Assembly: GCF_001194135.2 (NCBI RefSeq)
Contig: NC_068999.1
Span: 48,340,242 to 48,404,241, forward strand
Source: Octopus bimaculoides
Taxonomy: Eukaryota
Direction of reading: 5' to 3'
Length of the DNA: 64,000 nt
A model generated the notes under the pieces. The model saw nothing but the letters and a program-made list of their open reading frames with translations, made no database searches and had not been told where the DNA came from. The position numbers were made by a program, and so were the translations under genes. Of this stretch, positions 23,299 through 37,024 are shown in pieces; the first letter of the stretch is position 1, and every line of letters starts with the position of its first letter.

Positions 23299-25575
23299 TT
23301 TCAGTCAGTTTCAGCCCACCAAATGCACTCACAAGGCTCTGGTGAGCCTGAGGCTATAGTAGAAGACACTTGCCCAAGGTGCTATGCTGTGGGACTGCAC
23401 CTGGAACCATGTGGTTGGGAAGCAAGCTTATTAACACACAGCCATGCCTGTGGCTATAGACTCACCACTTTTATTTTTAAGTAAACTTAACTTATTCTAT
23501 AATGATGTACAAAAAGATAAGCCACAGTTGGAAAAGAATAGCAAAATACTCACCTTTAATCATGTCTACTATACTGATATGGGGGTTAAATATTAAACTT
23601 ATACCTCACAACATAAACACCTCTCCTTCTTGTTGCTGCTGTTGTTGTTGTATGTATAAAATATTTTATATTACAAGAATGGTAACTTCACTGGACAATC
23701 ATTGAAGCAAATGGAACCAACAAGACCGAAACTGACAAACAGACAGTTAGTGAAAGATAAACATTCCTGATGTAACTTCTAATTTGTGAATAACATAAAC
23801 AAGTGTCAAAGGTAGTTTTGTCGAGTCTGTATTAAATGAGGCGGAAGATATATGATAATGATAATGGTGATGATTGTGCTGACAATGATGGCAGTTATGA
23901 TGACAATGGAGATAATGAAAGCATTGATAAGGAGATTGACAATAGTGGTGGCAGAGGTGGTGGTGGTGGTGGTATTACGACAGAACACAATAGTGGTGAT
24001 GAAGTTAATAAACTTGCAGCTGCTGACAATATTGCCAATAGTGTTGTTGATGATGACAGTGGTGATGATGAAATGATGATGATGGGTAGTGATAAAGGTG
24101 TTTATTATGATAGCTGAGCTAACAATGTGATTCCGTGTTGTTTTGTTCACTTCTTGTTTATGGGAGAAGGAAAGACAATTTATTTTCCAACAATGGATTA
24201 AATCATTAAGGCTAAATGGAATGCTCCCTATTTTTGTTGCTTGATGTTATTTTCATCTATCTATCTACCTGTGTGTGTGTGAGAGAGAGAGAGATAAAGA
24301 GAGAGAGAGAGAGAGAGAGAGAGACTATGTATGTATATTCTTCTTTGCCTTAAAAAAATTGCATGCAAATATACATGTAGAAGATTACCCACAATTATTC
24401 CGACTTGTTGAATTCAATATCTCCAACACCCATGGACACACTTATAAGAACCAAAACACACCACCCATATCTTTCAGAGACGTTTTTCCAAGCCCAGAAT
24501 TATCACAGCACGGGGGGGAACAACTACATGAGTCGGTTGTCAGCTATCTAGAGACTTAAAAATTCCTGGTTTCCAGAAATTCCTCAAAACTGCTCCTGCC
24601 ATGCCGATGCGTCTTTTTCTTCTTTATGACTCTTTCACTGTTCACTTTCCTGTCTTTTGTTTTAAAATGTGTACTGTGTATGTACATATGACAGCCATTG
24701 TTGTTTTCCTTTATTTGACTTATTGCTGGTTTCTGATCCATTTTTACACTATTTTCTATTTGGGGTAGCTGTCAGAATTGTTAGAACATCAGAAAAAAAA
24801 AAAAATGCCTTGTGGTTATTTGTTCCGTTTCTTTACATTCTGGGTTCAAATCCTGCTGAGATCAACTTCGCTTTTCATTTCTTCGGGGGTCGATAAAATA
24901 AAGTATCAGAGAATTACTGGAGTCAGAATAAGCCCACCACTTTCCTTCAAAGATAACTGGTCTTGTGCTTAAATTAGAAATCATTTTTATTTACGCGCGC
25001 GCATGCATGCATGCATACATATATCGTATCTTTGTTAGAAACAGTTCCTTCCTTATAAATTTCAAATAATTGAAAATAAAAGAACATACACACACGTATA
25101 GACAGACAGACAGCATACACATAGATACGCGCGCGCGCGCCTTCAGCGAAGACAAGCGTTGAGAAAGAGAAACGTCAAAAATGTGCTTTTTAACATCTAA
25201 TTCTGCAATATGCCGACCTAACAAAGCCGAGATCAGTAAGTAGACGGTGCATTTTCTTCTTCTTGTGTTACAAATAAATGAAACATCCTTTTTACTCATC
25301 AAAATAGCGCCACTCATACTGAATTTTATATAAGAATACACTGCAAACGCGTGGGATTTCGCTTATGTAATAATGACTGACATTGCTAACACGACCACCG
25401 AATGTTGATATCTACAACTTTATCACATCTGCAAGCTATTACGGAAGATGCATTTGGTCTTTGCATTTAAATCAAGATATACTCCGGTACTACGAAAACG
25501 CCCGAGATCCGTCGATCAGCTACACGAAGGGATTTAAAATATATATATATATATATATACTAAGTCGAATCTCAC

Positions 25576-25850
25576 CCTTAAGTTAAGCTACTTCGACAGC
25601 TGGACAATGAAGGCAACAGGCCCGAAAAACGGCTGTGACAGACAGCAATCGACATCCCGATTCCTGCGATGCTAGTCGTCTTTCCGATTACATTGAAAAC
25701 CATCCAAAAGCTACCATAGAGACCGATAAGAATGTAAACAAACCGACACCACCAGCGCCACCACCACACAACTGCTGTCAGATTGGCATATCTCTTTCTC
25801 TCTCTCATACTGATCCGACAGAGGCGACTGCGGTTGGTTGGCGCGCGCGC
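25576..25850 (-). other. Probable non-coding first exon / promoter-proximal region of the PLEKHB-like gene (5' end approximate)
   Basis: Locally CpG-rich, non-repetitive segment ending in a donor AAGG|gtgaga at 25575; the ATG-bearing exon has an acceptor, so an upstream exon is required. Confidence 0.5.
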
Positions 25851-26104
25851 GTACACACGCACACACACACACACACACACACATACACACACAGTGTACA
25901 AACAGATGCTAACTGTTATGTTTTGAGTTCTACATAGACATTAATCCAGTCTACTTCCTGTGTATATTGAACAGTGCAACTAATTATGAATTACAGACTG
26001 GAATACCTACTGCAGGGGCTCCTAACAACCATAATGGTGAAACGCACATAGGAACTATAATATAAACATGTTTTTACCCTTTTTTTCTCTCATTTACATA
26101 CGTA

Positions 26105-26680
26105 CACAAAAGGGACATAGATACAGGAAAAGCAGTAAAATGTGACAACCGATGCAGACTTTGTAGAGTTAACCCCAAAGACATCACCCACATCATAAGC
26201 AGTTGTCCGAAAATGCTATCACAGTATCACTTAGCGATAAGACGTGATGCTGTAGCTAGGACACTGTATAACGAGATCCGTCGAAAGGATAACTTCGCGG
26301 ACAAAGAAATAAGAACCGACAGTATGGTGGAAGCCATCGCCACTCTTACTAAAAAGGAGTACTAGTGGAATGTCCCAGTGAAAACCTCAGTAAAATGTAA
26401 ACACAACAGACCTGAAATAACGATTTGGGATAGAGAAGAGAAATCAGCTGCCTAGCAGATGTGTTAACATAAAGCTTAAGATTAGCAAACAAGAAAATAA
26501 TTAGGCTAAACTATTGAGAAATCTATAGTTACTCTATCGGGATTACGAGTTCAGGTTTATAGTTGTAATTATTGGGGCACTGGGATATGTAACACATAGC
26601 CTAAATACCAATCTTGAGAAATTAGGCTTCTCAAAACCAGAAAGGAGAAAGCTGATTCGAAGAACAATGCATTGTTGAAA
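26105..26680 (+). mobile_element. R4/Dong-like non-LTR retrotransposon relic (CCHC knuckle + restriction-like endonuclease)
   Basis: CRLCRVNPKDITHIISSC (CCHC), KHNRPEITIWDREEK (decayed RPD motif), FIVVIIGALGYVTHSLNTNLEKLGF; stops and a frameshift present. Confidence 0.85.
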
Positions 26681-26889
26681 CGATTTTAATGAAAGAAATG
26701 TAATACCATAACCTCAACCTCCAATCTTGTACTTCACATATTGGTTTCAAATTTTGGCAAAAGGCCAGCAAGTTCAGAGCAAAGGATAAGTTGATTACTC
26801 AGCCCTAGTGCTCAGCTGGTACTTATTTTATTGACTTCAAAAGGATGAAAGAATTAAAGTTGAGTCCAATGGAATTTCTCCTTTATATA

Positions 26890-27268
26890 GCTGTCTGGCT
26901 TCCATGCCAGTGGCATGTAAATAGCACCATTTGAACGTGATCGTTACCAGCGTTGCCTTCCTGGCACGTGAAAAGACATTCGAGCGAAGTCGTTGCCAGT
27001 GCCGCTGGACTGGCTCCTGTACAGGTGCCACATAAAATACACCATTTTGAGCGTGGCTGTTGCCAGTACCGCCTGACTGGCCTTCATGCCAGTGGCATGT
27101 AAAAACACCCACTACACTCTCGGAGTGGTTGGCGTTAGGAAGGGCATCCAGCTGTAGAAACTCTGCCAAATCAGATTGGAGCCTGGTGTCGCCATCTGGT
27201 TCACCAGTCCTCAGTCAAATCGTCCAACCCATGCTAGCATGGAAGGTGGACGTTAAATGATGATGATA
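26890..27268 (+). mobile_element. RTE-tail-sharing repeat (SINE or LINE 3' end), representative copy
   Basis: Same 3' sequence as 4407-4675; other copies about 6900-7020(-), 13330-13545(+), 16840-17000(-), 21280-21560(-). Confidence 0.8.
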
Positions 27269-30200
27269 TTGAGCCAATATAAACCATATTTACTTCTAAT
27301 CAAAAACTGTATACAAGAGGATAAAAAAAAAAACTACATCATAGTAAAAAGAGCCCCTTCCCAGCAAAAAAAAATAGTTTAAGTTCTGGAATGAAAGTAA
27401 GGATTCTAATCAGGATGCAACATAGCTAGACACAATGAAGCAAGAATACTGTACCAAAGTGAAATCTATTTCATAGATATTGAAACTTTTACCAACGGAA
27501 AATTGCAGCAAAGCTGCGTGATAGAGGTGTCAAAAATGGCTGACAGACCATCATATAACTTGTTTTATTCTTTTTTTCTATTTTATTTTGACATACACAT
27601 TGTGATTCTTTTCTTCTATTTCACGAATTCAGTGTGCACATTGCATGTCCATACTTCGCTTTCTGGTTCCTACTCAAAACTGTTTACAGAACACGACCAT
27701 CTCATGAACCTGCATTTGTGAGAAATGCTTCATGCTCTGATAGTTGTGAAAGTATGTGGGAAAGCTGCAAAAACTATGGGAGGCCAGATTGACATACAGA
27801 ACTGATTTGTCATAATAAGAATAAACCTTGTGGTCAAGAATGAAATTAGTGTCTTGCAGACAAAAAACAGACTCTTACCTTGCTCCAATTACTTCCTCTA
27901 AGGCCATTGTAGGCAGGTTATATCCTAATGAGTAGGGATAACTTTTTTCTAAAAATAGACCACAAGAGACATGGCTTATCAAGCATGCCTTTCTACTAAA
28001 ATAATTCAGAGTAAACTTTTCATTCCATGGGCCACAGTTTGCCCATGACTGTCATAAAGTCTACAACAAGAGATGCTAATGTAACCCATAATTTACTTGT
28101 AGATACTCTAAAGCTCTATCTATGCTCAAAATATTTACAATGTTGAGAAACAACTGGAATTAATCATATTTTCTGCTAAAATAGGGATGGAATTTGAAAA
28201 AAAAAAATTGGTTCATATTTACCAACTTAATATGAAAATTGTCCCAAAAACCTTTCCAGCAATGAACACTCTATCTTCCCTGTTCTACACACTAAGTGCA
28301 AAAAATATCTAAGTGTTGATAGTGTTGTGAATAAAGAGTAGCCAAAGAATATTATACCAGATTAAAAAAAAAAAAAATGGCAGCCATAGCTTTCCTCTTA
28401 CAAGACAATATCCCACAATGCACTTTCAGTAACAGTGCTGATAACGAACATTTAGGATACTTGACTGGTCTATCAAGGAAATTCATTCCTTAGACATTAA
28501 TATCTGCAAACTGTGATATTGGCAGAATCTGATGGAAAAAGAAAGCAAGAGGCTTAAAGATCAGTGCAGATAACCTTAGAGTGCTGTATGTTATCACTGA
28601 GATCAGATATCCTGCCCATACAATCATATATGTATATATATACATGTGCGTGTGTGTATGTGCATATACACACATGTATCCGGCCTAATTAGAACACTGC
28701 TACTAAATCAGCAGGTAGAAAGATGGAAGCAATTTATTTAAAACTGGAAGTAATATATTTCAATTTATGCAAATATGTGTGTATCTGTATATGTGTATGA
28801 ATATACATATATATCATTAATTAACATGTGGTTTTATATGTGTATGTGTGTATGAATATATATATATCTTAATACATATATAATAAACATATTTGCATAA
28901 ATTTAAATTTAATGCTTCCATCAGTTGTGTATACATATGTATGTAGGTATGTACATATATGTATGTATTATGTATATATGCATATATTTGTTTGAAGGAA
29001 ACATCATTATACATATGCTCTTTCATTAAAAAGCCTTTGTGAACAACATGTGCAAAAACAGCTGCCTCAAACTCAAGCTTTTGATCTCATTTCTGGTTCT
29101 CGTGGTAATATTATTATAAACATCATAAGCTCTATACAATTGAAGTCATGAAATTGCGTTGCTGTTTAAGCAATGTTCCAAAATAATACTTTTAAGTAAC
29201 ACTTTTAATGTTTTTGCAAACAATGAAGGTGTGTGCAGTTTACCTGCTGACAACTGGAAACAAACAATTTGGAAATTGTGTTGCTGTTCCAAAATAATTC
29301 TTTTATATAATACTTTAAATTGATGTTTTTAATTAATACTTTTGAAAACAATGAGTGTGTGTGCAGTATATAAGCTGACAAATGGAAACAAGCAATTCAG
29401 AGTACAAGAAATCAAAGACAGGTGCTGGCAAGCTAAAAGACTACACCAAGCTCTCTTGACTGCTTCGGCACAGTTTCTATGGCTGGATGCTCTTCCAAAT
29501 GCCAACCACTTTATAGAGTGTACTCAGTGCTTTTTACACGGCACCAGCATCAGTCGGGTCATCAAGTAACTTGCAAGACAAAGATCCCCTGACTAGAAGT
29601 GGAAGCCGTATGGAGAGGGGTGGCTTTGTGCCAGTTGATGAAAGGTTAAAGTATAATAGAGGGATAGAGACAGGTGTGTTGCCGTAGAGGAGATATGAAG
29701 CTACTCCAGATAGAAAAGAAAGGAAAGGAGGAGATGTTGGTGGAGATATGTTGGAACATATCTTAAAGATACAGTGGGTGATGGTGCTAGAGAATGGTTA
29801 GAGGTGACTGTAGTAGGCAATGGTGAGAGATATAGGAGTGGCTCAGGGAGGCTATGGTAGACATGTGAGAGCACTGAGAGTAATAGCAGATTACAGGTGT
29901 GTATGAGTGCATCCATACACATACATATACATGTCTTTCATTTATTCACCTTTTGGTATTCAGATTACTCTATCAAATGCAAAGCTTATTAATTCACACT
30001 ATTTTGACTTAATCATGCATTATCTAATAGCTCCGAGATTTTGATGATGTGACTTTAGCTTTAGAATAACATTGTAAGGTAGACCTGAGAAACTGAATCT
30101 AATCAGCTTGAACACAAAAACAGGTAGAATATGTGAGCCTGATATGGCCAGTTTAAATGTTAAGGGGTTAAATGATAAAGAGGAACGTGTATTTTAATTA

Positions 30201-30375
30201 ATTCTTTTATTATTATAGCTTGCTACAAGTAACTGACAATAAAACTGAATATTTTATCACCTGTGGTTACTGGTGCACAACACCCAGACAGCTAGCTAAG
30301 AGGCTGAAGGATATTGGAATTGAGACACGCATTGCTGATCTGTAGTAAAATGCCATCCAGTATTCTGCAAGAATC

Positions 30376-30666
30376 CTAAGAAAGACTCTTGAGATTTGAG
30401 GAGAAGATAATGTCCTTGACTAAATTAGCATCAACCACAGCATGCCCAGTCCACCACCCAACAAGTATTGACAGCAGATGGACCACTTGACCATTGGAAC
30501 ATGTTCCTCCCACAAAAAGCGAAAGAGTATACACTCCAATGCAGTCCAAAAGGGACCGGGACAAGGCCCTACAGTAGTTGATGACAGATCCGATGTACAC
30601 ATTTGCCACCTCTGCCCGACTTTTCAGTGATAGTTCCTTCTCAGCCAATAACAATAATGATATCAA
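30376..30666 (-). mobile_element. Tx1/L1-clade LINE ORF2 relic (post-RT region)
   Basis: LSLKSRAEVANVYIGSVINY plus, after a frameshift, LECILFRFLW...ICCQYLLGGGLGM. Confidence 0.75.
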
Positions 30667-33232
30667 TCTGGAAGAAGTTAAAAAAAAAGAAAAAAAGTTG
30701 GACAGGCTAAAATTAACTTTTTTGGCAAAATCGTAATTTCTATTGTCAAAAATATAAGTATAAGAAAAAAATTGAGTGGAGATGGGGTACCTATTCGAAT
30801 AATGCAGAATAATGCCAATATTTCCATTTTCAGGTCGTGTTCACAAACTGAAAAGTAACATTAGAACCGAATCCATGACTACAAGGCTGAAAATTCGGTC
30901 AGAGAAGCGAGAGTGAAGATTTCAAATTTTGGGTGTAATTATCGTTTTATAAAGTTCCAGTTTCACAGAAGAAAAAGCATTACTTAATTTTACTGACAAT
31001 TTTTATCGCCGGATTATCAACGATTATGATTTTCTTTCGCCTTTCATTCATTGAAACTTCATTCAGTTTCACTTTGCCGAAAAGCCCTTGAAAAATATTT
31101 ATCCTTATATGCACAGTGAATAACAAAATGGGTGGGGTGAACAAGCCCTTAAACAACAACAAAAATATACTATAATCGTATCTTCGCATTTTAAACAACA
31201 ACCACAGATTAAACAATATGCTCCTCAAAAATAATTCTTAATTACACCCCCCAAAATCTTCCGGAACCAAAAAGGTGGAAGGAAAAAATTCTAGTTTAAC
31301 AAAGTGAAAGTAGTACGTTATAATCAAAAATCAAGTTTAGATAGATGCAGAACAGTTCCTTAATAGTTCAAGATTAAATAAAATGTTAAGAAGATACTAT
31401 ATGTAGAAATAAAATTGCTTTAATAAACGACCCGAAAGCTTCTAATACTTTATTTTGTTCCGCTAAAGTAAGTAAATACAAAGCTAATGTAAATGGTATA
31501 CCTTATGTCCCAATCTCCACGTCGTTTTCTTATAACTTAAAAATCGATATTTTTTAATGAAATTTTCTACAAAAACCTTTCAGATGGTATAGATTATGAT
31601 TATATCAGAGTTTAATGTGAAAAAAATTTGATAGGCGCACGCATGCACGCACACACACATACATACATCACATTTATATTGACAAAACTTTAACCATTCC
31701 ATTTCACTCCTTTTCTCCCATGTCTTTTCAGCAATAATGTATCCCCAACTGCATTATTCTGTTTGTCTTTCATGACGGTAGAGCAGTAGTATCATATTAC
31801 CCACAGAAATTTTCAGTCCCACCATTCGACTCAATTTTATAAAAATAAATTATTAATATTTTTTTTTTTTTTTAAATAAAATTTGAAATTTCGAAAAAAA
31901 AAAGGGTGGGGGGTCAGTACGTATGAGTGTGAACCCACCATTTTTTTCTTCTTCACACTACATTCCAATATAATCGCCATCAGAAAGGTATTCGTAGAAA
32001 ATTTCATTGAAAAATACCCATTTTTCTGAAAGTTATGAAGTCGAGTGGGAGGAGCACAATTGCGTAGATATGCAGACTTACACATCTTTTGAAATTGCAC
32101 AAAATATATTAAAAACCTCATGACTAATCACTACTCCGTACAAGTTACTGACACAGCTGTGACAATAGATATATTTAGAAATCTAGTTTCTTCGTCCAAG
32201 AAATTGGCTAACGTTTATGAATGCCGTCATTATCAGCTGACAGACGATAAGGCTCTTGTGATTTATCAGATGATACAAACGGAATTTACGAACAAACCCC
32301 ACCTCAATCCAATAACAATAATAGCTAAGAAATTAATTGCAGGAGAAATAATCTTTATTCCGAAATTCTTTGAATGGAAGTTTTACCATTTCAAAGAAAA
32401 TAATAACAAGCTAATAATTTTGGAGATCATGAACAAAATGTGAAAAGTTCCACAAGTTTATGAGAGGAATACACACACACACTCAAGCGTACATTAAGGT
32501 GGTGCTCCAGCATGGCCAGTCAAATGACTGAAACATGTAAAATAAAAGAACACACACACACACATACAAATAACTAGGTGTTAAAACTCAGTATATATAT
32601 GCTTCACAACAAAGCTTAAATCGAGTACAGATCAGTAATAAGAAATTAAAATAAGAAAAATTATTTCGTGAACTTCATTAGCTTACAGCTTTTCAACTAT
32701 AAAGTTGCCCTCAGTTGAGTGCGTGTGTATCGCCCCATTGCTTAAAAAATGAAGTACAATTTTATTTAGGAAAGCATCTACATCTATATATACACAGAGA
32801 AAAGCATTACCGTCGAAAAAAAAAAAAAAAATGGGCAAATATAGGCGCAGGAGTGGCTGTGTGGAAAGTAGCTTACTTACCAACCACATGGTTCCGAGTT
32901 CAGTCCCACTGAGTGACACCTTGGGCAAGTGTCTTCTACTATAGCTTCAGGCCGACCAAAGCTAAGTGGAATCCCAACCCACCAANNNNNNNNNNNNNNN
33001 NNNNNNNNNNNNNNNNNNNNNNNNNNNNNNNNNNNNNNNNNNNNNNNNNNNNNNNNNNNNNNNNNNNNNNNNNNNNNNNNNNNNNNNNNNNNNNNNNNNN
33101 NNNNNNNNNNNNNACTGAAAGTTTGGAATGCTGATTTTTTTGCCAGAATTGGTATCTCCGTTGCTGAAAACGTCGGAATCTGCAGTAGGAAAAGCAATAG
33201 GGGTGGAGTGCATTTGGTACGCTTCCGTCTTT

Positions 33233-33264
<32 letters not shown>

Positions 33265-33907
33265 TGATTGATTGTATAATTTGATATATACATACGTCAC
33301 CCTAATTGCGCAGTTTTCGAGACATGGCGGTACGTTTTTAGAAAACGAAAGTAATTAGGGGTGGCAAGGGAAGACCACTGATAATACGCCGTGTTATATT
33401 TATTGAAACGGATTCACCAACAAATAATTGGTAGCTTCCTGTGGCATCTCAGAAACAAATTTAAATATAGATGTTGAATAGATATAGTTTGTTATGAAAA
33501 TTACCTAAGGAGTGCAATTTTACAACTGTTATTATTTCTTCTATCTAGATAAACCAAATAAAATTAAATTACTAAAGACAATGTCCTAGTATGGCTCAGG
33601 CCTTTGGTCTGCCACGCGTACAAAAAAAAAAGTGTGATATCCACAGCTATTTGCTAAGGTTATTTCACTTTCATTTAACTATCTATCTATCGATATATTT
33701 ATAAATAGATCTTCGTCCACCCTTCTTTTTTTGTATATATTCCTGTATTCAAGTTACCTCCTTAGGTGTAAGGGACAAAAGACAGAAATGCAGGAATGCA
33801 TCGAATAATATAATAGATGATTACACACGTTTTGGAAACAACATTTGGGATATCAGTGTATATGAATAAATTTGAGAACACATATTTATATATACATTTT
33901 ATAAGGT

Positions 33908-34238
33908 CCCGCTGCGTGGCACCTTGGGCAAGTGTCTTCTACTATAGCCTCGGGCCGACCAAAGCCTTGTGAGTGGATTTGGTAGACGGAAACTGAAAGA
34001 AGCCCGTCGTATATATGTATATACATATATATGTGTGTGTGTGTCTGTGTTTGTCCCCCTAGCATTGCTTGACAACCGATGCTGGTGTGTTTATGTCCCG
34101 TCAATTAGCGGTTCGGCAAAAAGAGAACGATAGAATAAGTACTAGGCTTACAAAGAATAAGTCCCGGGGTCGATTTGCTCGACTAAAGGCGGTGCCCCAA
34201 CATGGCCGCAGTCAAATTACTGAAACAAGTAAAAGAGA
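33908..34238 (+). mobile_element. tRNA-derived SINE family A (Meta-domain-like), representative copy
   Basis: GGCACCTTGGGCAAGTGTCTTCTACTATAGCC...GGAAACTGAAAGAAGCCCGTCG core. Other copies at about 2659-3116(-), 5228-5556(+), 5926-6320(-), 8490-9180(-), 9200-9583(-), 11311-11720(-), 20190-20430(+), 22815-23455(-), 32843-32985(+, Pol III A/B-box-like head), 46390-46752(-), 47089-47527(-), 53690-53807(-). Confidence 0.85.
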
Positions 34239-35424
34239 TACCTGGATATATTTTATGTCGGTTTTTTTTTTTGTTTCTTTTCGTGAAATCCAAGTTGATA
34301 TTTTACATTTCCCATAAGCAGACGGTCGAGAGACGATTCTACTTTTGTGAGGTTAATGACATTAGGAAGTAAATATTTATAAGTTCTAAACACCAGTCAA
34401 TTTTTATTTTAAAATATCTGGTTTGGCGCTCTATATTCACTGCTGTTTGAAATTGACACCCCGTGTTCAAATCCTGGTCGGATCGTCATAACTGTGGGAA
34501 ACTTGATTTAATTGATAAAACTGTACTTTGTAAAGTGAAACCGTGTACCTAAAGGAATTATTATTTAACAATCTCTTCCTGAATTTCCACTTGCCTCACA
34601 AAATAATTAAGTATTCATTTAGTTTATGCACCCGAGATGATGAAATTTATGCGCAAACTTTAAAGATAGGTCTAAAGATAAGATTTTCGAAGACAATGTG
34701 CAACAGGCTATACTTTTTTTAAAAATCCTAATTCAATGAATCTTATAGAAAACAACAAACCACAAAGCTAAATTGTTTCTCATAAATCTACCAAATAACA
34801 CAAACATTGACGGTTAGCATGACGTACCCACCAAGTACTGAGATCGATTTATAATTCTGAAAAATAACTTAGAAATGAACAGAATTAAAACAGAAGACAA
34901 GACACAAGACTGATAAGTGGCCAAAAATTAAAAACAAAAAGAAAGCAGGACAAAATACATTCATTGACGAAGGTATAAAACACTGAATGAAGTTTTTAAT
35001 TCGTTTTTATGCACACATACACACAAACATATATATATACGCATACATACTATTTGTGTGTGTGAAACAATAGGGCTAACTTAGAGTTTAAAAGTTGACT
35101 TACGCTAAAAATAATTTGTAATAAAACGTCCGGGAGTTGGAAAACTTGTATTTTTCGAGCAGTAATTAAAAAGTCATCCGGTAAACAACTATTGGTTGTA
35201 TTTTAGCGTGATGTCATGAGGATTTGTTTACGCCTGACGTCATCGTTACCGTCATTCCTGGGTTGACCCGGACTACATATTCAAGCTAACCCCAATCCTG
35301 GATCTCTCGCACCGCTTTAAAGGGATAAAGTAGTTGTCTTTGACAAGTTTTCGCGTCGTAATTAACTCCTTTTCTAGTCTAGATGTCTTTGACTAATTAT
35401 ATCAACAACTTTCACTTCTCCACA

Positions 35425-35630
35425 CAGCTTTATTTGCGAACCTACTAACTCCCATACCTCTACCTTTCTTCTTCATATCCCACAAACACCTAATCTAGTA
35501 ATCGTTTTTCACAATTCATCTGGCACCACTGCCTCTACAGTAAAGGTATAGACCTCGCTGCAAACTCAAAGTAAACGTGCCATTTTCCTCTTACGTGGCT
35601 ACTCCCATCATATCGTTCGTCGACTCTGCT
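35425..35630 (+). mobile_element. Penelope-like retroelement RT C-terminal relic
   Basis: Frameshifted translation EPTNSH / YLYLSSSYP...FSQF / FLLRGYSHHIVRR resembles the Penelope RT thumb (KPTDSHxYL..SSxHP...FSQF...F..RGYP). Confidence 0.65.
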
Positions 35631-36244
35631 CTCCATCTTTCGGTCGTATTCATGTCACGTACCCGTTCTCCTGCAGTTCTGAATTATTTTTCACCTCTTC
35701 GTGTTCCACTTTACTACTCGGCCTGCCATTTCAGCACACCCTCTTTTATAACTTCCGCTATCTGACTCTGCTGCTGCTACACCTATCCTAATTCTCTTAC
35801 ACCCGCTTTCCCTTGTCCTCCTACCTACCTTGTTTTTTTTTGTTTTGTTTCGGGCTGGTCTTTTTAGCATTGCCGATTACCGTACTCGTCTCCAATGATG
35901 AGGGGGGACTGGATGGCATTGTCCTATACCTATCTTTCAGCTGCGCATCCTCAGATTTCGAAAATAAGAGTTTTAAAGAAATATGGAATACGCCGTGTGA
36001 AATCCTAAGTTCTCTCTCTCTTTCACTCTCTCTCTCTCTCTCTCTCTATCTCTATCTATCTATCTATCTATTTATCTTTCTCTCGATACAAGAACAAAAA
36101 GAAATTTAAAACGAAAACGGAGAAAGTAAACCAAAGAAGAAATAATTCCTTAGAGAGATAAAAGAAAAGCGAAAGAAGTACGGAAAACAAAAACAATGTC
36201 AACTACGACAACAGTAGTAACAACAACAAAAAGGAAAGCACAGA

Positions 36245-37024
36245 AGCAGTGGTGATGAAATAAATATATACACACTGAGTAGAACTGACCAGCTCTATCA
36301 CCACCAACAGCAGTGTCGAGCACTATTTTCTTTATATATGGCTTTTGTCCATTGCCTCCTCATCTTCTCACCTGTCCCGTAAATGACTTCGCCACCATCA
36401 CCCACTCTCATTCCAGCTTCCTTTATTATTCTTACAACATATTTTTACCGTACTCACTTTCTATACTGCCTCTAAAATAACTCATTGCCAACACTATTCC
36501 CGCAATCTTTATTCTCCTTTCTCATTCCTCGCCGATCACTCCACATCACTTTTTCACCATCTCCATTCTCTCATTCGCCTGTCCATTGACCATGGTGATG
36601 CCTTAACTGTAAGAATTTTAAACAAATGAAGACAATATTGTGATAGCAATAATGATTGTAAACAAATGAACGAAATATTTTTTCATATAGCAATGATAAT
36701 TTTTGGTTAATGCTCATCCAAGACCGGCGTGTAATTTACAACCACACAACCTCCAACTTCTTCATTCTTTCTATCTGAGGAAAGACAGCTCTCCGAAACG
36801 TTAGATTTTTCACTCCTCGCAAAAAATCAACTCGCGGGTTTTTTGGGGGTTTTTTTTTTGTTCTTTTTCTCCAAAGACAGAGCAGTGGTGATGAAATATA
36901 TATACACCCTGAGTGGAACTGACCAGCTCTATCACCACCAACAGCAGTGTCGAGCACTATTTTCTTTATATATGGATTTTGTCAATTGCCTCTTCCTCTT
37001 CTCACCTTTTCCATAAATGACTTC
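36245..37024 (+). repeat. About 145-bp direct repeats (36245-36390, 36881-37024) bracketing a degenerate hammerhead-like motif at 36775-36803
   Basis: Two near-identical copies beginning agcagtggtgatgaaata; ctgaggaaagacagctctccgaaacgtta lies between them. Confidence 0.75.

Noticed and set aside
23806-24150. Asp/Gly/Asn-rich ORFs (93-114 aa)
   Set aside because: Degenerate GAT/GGT triplet tract in an intron, open in several frames
32843-32915. tRNA-like A/B boxes
   Set aside because: SINE head without a complete cloverleaf; no true tRNA or rRNA gene recognised in the window
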